A stretch of 64,000 bases of DNA from an uncultured Verrucomicrobiota bacterium (GTDB taxonomy: Bacteria; Verrucomicrobiota; Verrucomicrobiia; Limisphaerales; UBA9464): assembly GCA_903835555.1 (NCBI GenBank), contig CAILNN010000292.1, forward strand, positions 1,125-65,124, given 5' to 3'. Positions 56,221 through 64,000 of the stretch are shown here, piece after piece. Below the pieces are notes generated by a model, which saw only the letters and a program-made list of their open reading frames with translations, was not told the origin of the DNA and searched no databases. A program made the position numbers and the translations under genes. Position 1 is the stretch's first letter. Every line of letters starts with the position of its first letter.

Positions 56221-56477
56221 AATGGGAAAGTAGTGACGATTCTGTCTCATGCTTTCGAGTCCGCCAAGCCCCCAAGAGTAACTGGTGGGATATGCGATTA
56301 TCGAGTTCGCTTTGCCGTCAGGAACTGTGCCTGGGGCGGATTTTCTTCTGGAGCGGAGTCGGCTCGTCCTCGTGAAAATAGAGCGCCCGGTCGGCCCGAA
56401 AAATCCGCCCGGCTGTTCTCAACCGTTAAATCCGGTGTCACCGGTCCTTTCGGGCCACGCCAGCGCAGGAGTCATAA

Positions 56478-56819
<342 letters not shown>

Positions 56820-56874
56820 CAGTTGGTCTTCCCCAAGTGAAGCCCAAATAACGCAGGTTCAATGACTCAATAAA

Positions 56875-58452
56875 ATGAAAAAATTTACCATAAATCGGTT
56901 TCTGGTCAAACTGCACGATCCTCGAGAGCGAACGTTTTTTCTCGCCTTGTTCGGAGGGAAAATGTTGGGCCTCCTGGCCTGCTTCGTTATTGTTTTCGGC
57001 CTCCCGGCCCTGCTGACATCGATGACGGGAAAAGCGCACGCTCAAACTGCGTCGGCGACTTCCAATACCGTTGCAAAGGCACTTGACGCTGCTACCAATG
57101 CGATTGCCGGGGCCGCTGCGGCCGCACCTGCCGCCGATGCGACTCCGCCCAATCCCCCCTACGTGAATCCATTGAATACCATGTGGGTTCTTGTGACAGC
57201 ATTTTTGGTGTTTTTCATGCAGGCGGGCTTTATGTTCCTGGAAGCCGGCTTTGCCCGCACGCGGGAAACAGTCAATGTCCTGTTGGAAGGAATTGTCGAT
57301 ACCTGCCTCTGCGGCGTCCTTTTCTGGGCGTTTGGTTTCGCCTGGATGTTCGGCTCCGGCAATGGATTCATCGGCAACCAGTACTATTTCCTGCAAGGAA
57401 TCCCTGACACCTACGGGTCAACCGGAGTCGCCACTTTGGCGTATTTCTTGTTTCAGTTCGCGTTCGCCGATACCTGCTCGACCATCACTTCTGGCGCGAT
57501 GCTCGGGCGAACCGGCTTTTGGGGTGATCTCTGGTACAGCATCGGGGTGAGCGGGTTTTTGTATCCAATCTTTGGGCATTGGGCATGGGGACCAGATGGC
57601 TGGTTGAACAACATCAAACCGGCTGCCTTTCATGATTTTGCCGGGTCGACCGTCGTCCATACCATCGGTGGCATGATTGCCCTCGCGGGTGCCATCGTCC
57701 TTGGTCCACGATTGGGCCGCAGGTTCAAGCGCGATGGCGGTGGCCCCATGCCGGGGCACAATATGACCATTGCCGCCGTCGGCGCGGTGATTCTTTGGTT
57801 TGGCTGGTATGGCTTCAACCCGGGCAGCACTTTGTCCGCCATGGACATGCAAGGGATCGCACGGGTGGCTGCCAACACAACGTTGGCGGCTTGCTCGGGC
57901 GGTTTGGCGAGCCTTTTCTTTGTCTATCCCAGATCGCGCAAATGGGACTGCGGCATGACCCTCAATGGCTTGTTAGCCGGCTTGGTGGCCATTACATGTC
58001 CCTGCTATTGGGTTTCCCCAGGCGGTTCGTTGATTATCGGTGCCGTTGCCGGTGTCTTCGTGGTCGTGGCCACTGATGTTCTTGAATATTTGAGAATCGA
58101 CGATCCCTGCGGTGCGTTTCCCGTTCATGGAGTCTGTGGTATCTGGGGGACTCTCAGTCTCGGTTTATTCGCTACCGGAGAATTCGGCGCGCCTACTCCC
58201 ACCGGAGCGGATACCTCCGCCGATGCACTGGTTAAAGGCCTCTTGTACGGCGGCGGGACCGACCAACTGGTGGCGCAAGTGATCGGAAACGGAGCCATCG
58301 GTATAGGCGTGTTTATTGTCGCCATGGCCCTAATGTATGCGGTCAAGGCGACCGGTACCTTGCGCATCTCCAAGGAGGGTGAGTTGGAAGGTCTTGATCT
58401 TCACGAGCACGGCGCAGGAGCCTACCCCGAGCAAGTGACATCCAGCATCTAG
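56875..58452 (+). CDS. amtB: Ammonium transporter (Amt family), copy 1
   Basis: AFLVFFMQAGFMFLEAGF.., ..FAGSTVVHTIGG.., ..WFGWYGFNPGS.., ..VHGVCGIWGTL... The N-terminal start may be internal (MLGLLACF). Confidence 0.95.
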   Translation: MKKFTINRFLVKLHDPRERTFFLALFGGKMLGLLACFVIVFGLPALLTSMTGKAHAQTASATSNTVAKALDAATNAIAGAAAAAPAADATPPNPPYVNPLNTMWVLVTAFLVFFMQAGFMFLEAGFARTRETVNVLLEGIVDTCLCGVLFWAFGFAWMFGSGNGFIGNQYYFLQGIPDTYGSTGVATLAYFLFQFAFADTCSTITSGAMLGRTGFWGDLWYSIGVSGFLYPIFGHWAWGPDGWLNNIKPAAFHDFAGSTVVHTIGGMIALAGAIVLGPRLGRRFKRDGGGPMPGHNMTIAAVGAVILWFGWYGFNPGSTLSAMDMQGIARVAANTTLAACSGGLASLFFVYPRSRKWDCGMTLNGLLAGLVAITCPCYWVSPGGSLIIGAVAGVFVVVATDVLEYLRIDDPCGAFPVHGVCGIWGTLSLGLFATGEFGAPTPTGADTSADALVKGLLYGGGTDQLVAQVIGNGAIGIGVFIVAMALMYAVKATGTLRISKEGELEGLDLHEHGAGAYPEQVTSSI

Positions 58453-58474
58453 CCTTCGCCGATCGACCCCAAAA

Positions 58475-58505
58475 GGGAGGGGCTTCGCGCTCCTCCCTTT
58501 CTTTT
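58475..58505 (+). terminator. Rho-independent terminator after amtB copy 1
   Basis: GGGAGGGGC-TTCGC-GCTCCTCCC (9 bp including one G-U) followed by TTTCTTTT. Confidence 0.75.
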
Positions 58506-58672
58506 CAATCCCGGTGCTCGTTCGTGTGCGGAAATCGGACCCAGCTTTCGGGGAAAATGCAATCTGGGGTGATTCGATCTGGATCGATTGAATCGAAATC
58601 CTACACGCGGGCAGCAAGTCAGTCCGTCAAGCATTACGTGCTTTTTGATTGCTTCCCACCCGTTGGCGATAG

Positions 58673-59074
<402 letters not shown>

Positions 59075-59112
59075 CACCTGATTTTTTTAAACCTCTTGCT
59101 CCTTTACATCCG

Positions 59113-60645
59113 ATGAAACGGTTCAAGCTTGCCTACTTACTGATTGCCCTCACAACCGCATTTGGACCTGTGGCCGCCCGAGCCCAAGGCACCAACGCGT
59201 CCATCCCGACGTCTGCTGCGGTCCCAGCCGCTCCTGCCGCTCCTGCCGCAAAAGCAGATCCTGACCTCGCCCAGCGGGTGGCCGACCTGGAAGCTTATAT
59301 TTCCAATGGTGCCCGTGGATCGGACGCGGCCGATGCCAAAGTCGGCTCCAAGATTGATGGCACCGCTGGTCCTGGGCACAACGCATGGATGATGACCAGC
59401 GCTGCCTTGGTCCTCTTTATGACTCTGCCCGGACTCGCCCTCTTCTATGGTGGCCTTGTCCGTCGCAAGAATGTCCTGTCCGTTTTGGCCCAATGTCTGG
59501 GCATCTCCGGTTTGGTCACCATTCTTTGGTGGGCTTTTGGGTATAGTTTCGTGTTCGCCAACGAATCCAGTCCCTATTGGGGTAATTTCACCAAATATGC
59601 CTTCTTGCATGGAGTCACTTCCAGCCCGAACGGCGATTACGCCTACTGGGTATCGCAAAATGTCTACAGCATGTATCAGTTGATGTTCGCCATCATCACT
59701 CCCGGGCTCATTATCGGTGCCATTGCAGAACGGATGAAATTTATCGCCGTCCTCCTCTTTGTGGCGGCGTGGATGGTTATCGTCTATTTCCCCTTGGCCC
59801 ACATGGTCTGGGGCATCGACGGAATGATGAATGGCGTCTGGAACCCCAAGGCCACCATTCGAGCCATCGACTTTGCCGGAGGAACGGTCGTTCACATGAG
59901 TTCGGGATGGAGCGCACTCGTCCTGTGCCTGATTCTGGGTCCCCGCAGTGGTTTCGGTAAGGAATCGATGCCGCCTCACAGCATGGTCCTTTGCATGGTC
60001 GGTACCGGCATGCTCTGGGTCGGTTGGTATGGTTTTAATGCCGGCTCAGCCGTCGCTGCCGATGGTGTGGCCGCTAATGCCTTCATGACCACCACCCTCG
60101 CCGCTGCCGTTGCCTCGTTTGTCTGGGCTCTCGCGGAATGGGTGGTTCGCGGCAAGCCCAGTGTTCTTGGTTTCTGCTCGGGTGCGGTTGCCGGCTTGGT
60201 CGTCATCACTCCCGCTTGTGGTTTTGTGGATGCCACCGGGTCAATTGTCATCGGAATCATCGCCGGAGTTGTTCCGTTCCTCGCCTGTTCCTACCTCAAA
60301 CCGTTCTTTAAATATGACGATGCCCTCGACACCTTCGGCGTTCACGCCATCGGTGGAACTCTGGGAGCTTTACTGACCGGTATTTTAGCCACCACCGCCA
60401 GTGGTAATGCCAACCTGACTGGCGACGCTGCCAAGGCCAACGGCCTCGCGAAATTGGTGACCGATGGCGGACTTTGGGTCGAGCAGCTCAAGGCCATGGG
60501 TTTGACCATCGCTTTGGCGGTGATTGGGACCATCGCAATCGCTCTGGTCGTCAAGGCTGTTGTTGGCCTTCGCCCGACGCCAGAGGTCGAACGTGAAGGT
60601 CTCGATATCTCTGAACACGGGGAAGAAGGCTACCACCACGCCTGA
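59113..60645 (+). CDS. amtB: Ammonium transporter (Amt family), copy 2
   Basis: Signal peptide, then SAALVLFMTLPGLALFYGG.., FAGGTVVHMSSG, WVGWYGFNAGS, VHAIGGTLGAL. Clearly more divergent from copy 1 than the two P-II genes are from each other. Confidence 0.95.
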   Translation: MKRFKLAYLLIALTTAFGPVAARAQGTNASIPTSAAVPAAPAAPAAKADPDLAQRVADLEAYISNGARGSDAADAKVGSKIDGTAGPGHNAWMMTSAALVLFMTLPGLALFYGGLVRRKNVLSVLAQCLGISGLVTILWWAFGYSFVFANESSPYWGNFTKYAFLHGVTSSPNGDYAYWVSQNVYSMYQLMFAIITPGLIIGAIAERMKFIAVLLFVAAWMVIVYFPLAHMVWGIDGMMNGVWNPKATIRAIDFAGGTVVHMSSGWSALVLCLILGPRSGFGKESMPPHSMVLCMVGTGMLWVGWYGFNAGSAVAADGVAANAFMTTTLAAAVASFVWALAEWVVRGKPSVLGFCSGAVAGLVVITPACGFVDATGSIVIGIIAGVVPFLACSYLKPFFKYDDALDTFGVHAIGGTLGALLTGILATTASGNANLTGDAAKANGLAKLVTDGGLWVEQLKAMGLTIALAVIGTIAIALVVKAVVGLRPTPEVEREGLDISEHGEEGYHHA

Positions 60646-60806
60646 TTCCCGCCTGGAGCCTGGCTCTGAATATCGTCGTCACGGGCGGGGTCATAAAAAA
60701 TGGCCTCGCCTATGGAACACGCCCCAAGCGGGTCGCCTCGCGCCTCGTCCTGGGGCATTTTAGATGCAACAAACTGCAAGCTATTTCGGAAACACGACAC
60801 TAGCGT

Positions 60807-60854
60807 CCAGCCCTCTGGCGCTTTGAAAACGGCCGTGAAATGGACGATCGCCAG
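60807..60854 (-). repeat. Dispersed hairpin repeat, family 2, copy 2 (inverted relative to copy 1)
   Basis: The reverse complement aligns to 43252-43299: CTGGCGATCGTCCATTTCACGGCCGTTTTCAAAGCGCCAGAGGGCTGG. Confidence 0.6.
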
Positions 60855-60936
60855 AGTTTGCTCAAGGGGGCGTTCGGTTTCGAGGCGATAGGAGGCAATA
60901 GGACGCAATAGGGTTTGAGGACAACGGCAGTTCAAA

Positions 60937-61554
60937 ATGCTGCCGCGCGTTACGGAGGTACGGAAAGTCCCCAAGGCAGTTATTTTCCTTTTCTGCGGCA
61001 ACGGCATACGCTTGGCTGTGTACCCGAGCAATTTGTTCGTTCGCTGTCCCCGTTGTGGGGGACCTCGTGCCCTTTCAAAAGCGCCCAGCCCATTCGTCTG
61101 CGCGGACTGTGGACTTCGTTATTATTTCAATCCCTCGGTCGCCGTGGCGGCATTCATCCAACGCTCGGACGGACGCTGGCTATTCATTCGACGAGCCAAG
61201 GAACCCAGCAAAGGCCTGCTCTCTGTGGCCGGCGGTTTTGTCGAGATCGGCGAAAAAGCCGAAGCCGCTTTGGCCCGTGAAGTCTTCGAGGAAATTGGGG
61301 TAGGGGTCCAAGACCTCCGATTTCTGGAGTCCCAACCCAATCAATATGATTACCTTGGCGTCACCTATCCGGTCTTGGACCTCTATTTTCTGGCACGAAC
61401 CATTGGCAATCCCCATTGTGCCCAACCCGAGGAAGTCGCCGGTATCGAGTGGAGATTGCCCTCCGAAATTCGCCTGGAAGACCTTGCTTTCCAGTCGCTC
61501 CGGGCAGCTTGGACCAATCATGACTTCACTTTCTTTACTTTCCAAGCCATTTGA
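60937..61554 (+). CDS. NUDIX hydrolase with N-terminal Zn-ribbon
   Basis: CPRCGGP..FVCADCG (Zn-ribbon) and the Nudix box GGFVEIGEKAEAALAREVFEEIGV. Confidence 0.85.
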   Translation: MLPRVTEVRKVPKAVIFLFCGNGIRLAVYPSNLFVRCPRCGGPRALSKAPSPFVCADCGLRYYFNPSVAVAAFIQRSDGRWLFIRRAKEPSKGLLSVAGGFVEIGEKAEAALAREVFEEIGVGVQDLRFLESQPNQYDYLGVTYPVLDLYFLARTIGNPHCAQPEEVAGIEWRLPSEIRLEDLAFQSLRAAWTNHDFTFFTFQAI

Positions 61555-62582
61555 AGGAGTTCAAGGCTGTAGGGCTCCACGATCGTCCGCTCGGTGGAAT
61601 ACAGATATAGGGCGCAGCGATAAACATGATTCGCCACACTCGTGATATAACTCAATGTGACGATGCCAAGGAACCAGATTAAGCCGCTTACGACAGCAAA
61701 CCAAATGCTTTGCGTAACCACCGACACCGCTAGCGCCAATCCCACAAAGACGACCGAGCCTAAGGCAACCAGCCAGCTTCCCACTTGTACGCCAACGAAG
61801 CCGATTAAAGCCTCTCCCCAGGCCTGCTTAATCGTCAGCGCTGATTTCTTCAGCATCCCAAACGGATCGACCGATTCGGTTTCCATCACCAACACGGGAA
61901 CGACAAAGATACAGGCCACGCTCCACGCCGTACCGATGAGGCTGACGACGAGTTTACCAAAAAAGCCGACCCGTTCTTCCAATTTGCGGATTAATAATCC
62001 GACCAAACCAGCAAATGTTGCCCACAGAAGCACCGCCTGCCAGCGTGTCAACGCGTAGGCCAGTCCTGTTCGAATACTGACCTCGTTCCCGCGCAACGCG
62101 GATAAAATCTGGTGGTAAAACGCGACATTGAAATAGGTCGCGAGAATCATCGAAAGAAAATAGGCCGCGCCCAAGTATACCATCCCAAAAACCGTCAGCG
62201 CCGAGTCCTCCTGCTGATCAGGATTATGATGTGGGTTGGCGGAAGAGCCGACCGATTGGGGCGATTGTTGCTCCGTCGCTACAGTCGATGGAGTATCCCT
62301 GTTCAATTCGGTCTCCCGGTGCCCTCGGGACTCCGCTGAGAGGTTGACGCGGCTTGATTCCCCATGGAAAACACTTTGGAAGACAGCCTGCCAATGGCGC
62401 GAATCGCTATACGGATAACTGGTGGGCTGAAATGCTACGGGTGTGATGAAGAACAACAGAATCACGGAGGTAAAGACAGTGGTCACCATCGGAAAAACAA
62501 GAAGCTTGGGATGATGGTGAAGTATTGATACCGAGGCCCGAAATAGATGCCAACTCCGCTTGAATGTATCGAGAATGTTCAT
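61518..62582 (-). CDS. Multi-pass membrane protein of unknown function
   Basis: 354-aa ORF with several long hydrophobic helices (LLVFPMVTTVFTSVILLFFITPV; YLGAAYFLSMILATYF; AVLLWATFAGLVGLLI; etc.) and a hydrophilic insert. Its 3' end overlaps the convergent NUDIX gene by 37 nt. Confidence 0.6.
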   Translation of the reverse strand: MNILDTFKRSWHLFRASVSILHHHPKLLVFPMVTTVFTSVILLFFITPVAFQPTSYPYSDSRHWQAVFQSVFHGESSRVNLSAESRGHRETELNRDTPSTVATEQQSPQSVGSSANPHHNPDQQEDSALTVFGMVYLGAAYFLSMILATYFNVAFYHQILSALRGNEVSIRTGLAYALTRWQAVLLWATFAGLVGLLIRKLEERVGFFGKLVVSLIGTAWSVACIFVVPVLVMETESVDPFGMLKKSALTIKQAWGEALIGFVGVQVGSWLVALGSVVFVGLALAVSVVTQSIWFAVVSGLIWFLGIVTLSYITSVANHVYRCALYLYSTERTIVEPYSLELLQMAWKVKKVKS

Positions 62583-62814
62583 ACCCTATTTGAGTTTGTT
62601 TCGGGAATTCAACGGGAAATCACCCCGGGGATAAAGTGGAAATGCAACGTTCGTTTCCAGCGTTTGTTTGTCAAAATGGCAGGGGACCTGCCCCGCGATT
62701 GGATCCCGAATGGTTCAACGGAAAACCGTTTGATTGTTTGTGGATAGTTACTTGCTATTTTGGAATGAACCGGTATCCTGGGCTTAGAGGGAGGGTATAT
62801 TTAAGTTTCTTCCT

Positions 62815-63843
62815 ATGTTAATTCAAAAGGGGTATTACCGCACAGAGAAATCCGTGTGCATTGCAGTGGCTCTGCTGAGGGCTTTGATTCTGGTTGCATT
62901 GGTCAGCGAGACCCAATTGTTGGCTCTTTCCACCAATGGGTTTACCTACGTGCTCTCGGGTGGAACGGTCACCATCACATCGTACGATTGCCGAGCCTCT
63001 GACATTGATATTCCGGCCTTGATTGAAGGATTGCCGGTAACGACCATCCAAGGCTTTTTGGATTCCCAAGGGTTTGGGCACGGCGCTTTCGAAACCTGTA
63101 CCACTGCCAATCGAGTTACCATTCCAGGTACCGTTACCCGCATTGGTGCCAACGCGTTTTTCAATTGCGGCATGACCAACGTCTTGATCCCGAATAGTGT
63201 GATTCATATCGATAACAACGCCTTTTCAGATTGTCATAGATTGACCCAAATTACAATTCCCGATGGCGTTCAAACCATTGGTTTATACGCATTTTTTGGT
63301 TGCAGCTCACTAACTTCCGCGGTGGTTCCCGATAGCGTTACAATCGTTGGCTCCGGAGCTTTTCAGTTTTGCGACGGATTGAAGAGCATCACATTTGGTG
63401 TTGGAGTTACGAACATCGGCGCAAAGCAATTCTTCAAGAGTAGTGGCTTGCTCGTCGCCAATTTCCTCGGAAATGCCCCGTCTGGATTGGACGCTTTCGA
63501 TGCAGATTCAATGGTCCAAGTCTTTTATCGCCCGGGAACGTCCGGGTGGGGAACAAATTTCTTTGGCGCACCAACTTCCTTTCTGGTCGAAGCGAGCCCT
63601 TCGATATTGAATGACAGCCTGGGCCAGTCGACAAATGGCTTTGGCTTTGTTGTTTCTTGGGCCACGAATGCCAGCGTCGTGGTGGAATCCAGTGTTCTCG
63701 AGGCTATTCCCCGGTGGTTTCCGATTTCCACGAACAATATCCGTTTTAGCCCCGCCAGCACAAACTCGACCAACGGATGGTTCCGGTTCTTGGACACCCG
63801 TGCAATCGTTGGTTCAAAACAGTATTATCGGATTAGGTGGTGA
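62815..63843 (+). CDS. BspA-type leucine-rich-repeat (LRR_5-like) surface protein with C-terminal beta-sandwich tail
   Basis: Repeating ~23-aa units (VTIPGTVTRIGANAFFNC / VLIPNSVIHIDNNAFSDC / ITIPDGVQTIGLYAFFGC / AVVPDSVTIVGSGAFQFC). The N-terminus is signal-like and the protein ends ..KQYYRIRW. The gene is much more AT-rich than its surroundings: two 60-nt lines I counted (63181-63300) are each ~38% GC. Confidence 0.8.
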   Translation: MLIQKGYYRTEKSVCIAVALLRALILVALVSETQLLALSTNGFTYVLSGGTVTITSYDCRASDIDIPALIEGLPVTTIQGFLDSQGFGHGAFETCTTANRVTIPGTVTRIGANAFFNCGMTNVLIPNSVIHIDNNAFSDCHRLTQITIPDGVQTIGLYAFFGCSSLTSAVVPDSVTIVGSGAFQFCDGLKSITFGVGVTNIGAKQFFKSSGLLVANFLGNAPSGLDAFDADSMVQVFYRPGTSGWGTNFFGAPTSFLVEASPSILNDSLGQSTNGFGFVVSWATNASVVVESSVLEAIPRWFPISTNNIRFSPASTNSTNGWFRFLDTRAIVGSKQYYRIRW

Positions 63844-63872
63844 CATTGGGTTTCACCTATTTTATCTTGCTC

Positions 63873-64000
63873 ATGAATCCTTTCCTGGCCATCAACATGG
63901 CCATGTCGGTTGACGGCAAGGTGGCGACTCCCAATCGGACGGTGACAAGCTTTGGGAGTCCGCGTGACTTGGCTCATCTCTATGAGTTGAGGGCCACCGC
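63873..64000 (+). CDS. RibD C-terminal-domain / DHFR-like reductase, 3'-truncated by the window edge
   Basis: ATG at 63873. MNPFLAINMAMSVDGKVATPNRTVTSFGSPRDLAHLYELRAT fits the start of RibD_C-type reductases (..SlDGkia.....s..i.s..dr...h.lRa). Only 42 codons are visible. Confidence 0.5.
   Translation, partial: MNPFLAINMAMSVDGKVATPNRTVTSFGSPRDLAHLYELRAT

Overview
This is a GC-rich window (roughly 55-60% by eye), and its gene repertoire points to a PVC-superphylum bacterium, Verrucomicrobiota- or Planctomycetota-like. Markers are a PSCyt1/DUF1549/DUF1553 + DUF1501 pair, PA14-bearing giant exoproteins, GHL10 and FGE-like fragments. I found no rRNA, tRNA or CRISPR array. All homology calls rest on motif recognition by eye; nothing was searched against a database. 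Layout: (1) 3-12705 (+), a tight operon of paralogous giant secreted proteins that combine carbohydrate-binding modules, a PQQ-like beta-propeller and a SO_2930-like dihaem cytochrome c domain. It also holds a stand-alone dihaem paralog and a small secreted protein. (2) VOC and TetR genes, then a minus-strand housekeeping block (tgt, rsmH, glycosyltransferase). (3) A REP-like hairpin repeat beside a possible decayed Y1-transposase remnant. (4) An arsR-arsC-arsD-arsA operon ending in a MIP channel rather than ArsB/Acr3. (5) An alpha/beta hydrolase, then the PSCyt/PSD + DUF1501 pair. (6) The most interesting locus: a retron-like unit at 29254-30763. A 13-nt perfect inverted repeat brackets a hairpin-rich 154-nt RNA directly upstream of an Ec86-like reverse transcriptase. 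That RT has an N-terminal extension and divergent hallmark motifs, and no recognisable effector lies in cis. A Zn-ribbon membrane protein is transcribed divergently next to it. (7) An ECF sigma / FecR anti-sigma pair with two translationally coupled giant glycoside-hydrolase-like proteins. (8) Two decayed FGE-type gene fragments and a HEPN/MNT pair whose toxin is truncated at a deletion junction. (9) nrdJ, GHL10, a beta-CASP hydrolase, a porin, a Xer-like recombinase, an MFS transporter and XRE/HTH regulators. (10) Two tandem glnK-amtB modules, the first behind a candidate sigma-54 promoter and a structured leader. (11) A NUDIX hydrolase, a membrane protein, a conspicuously low-GC BspA-type LRR protein and a 3'-truncated RibD-like ORF.
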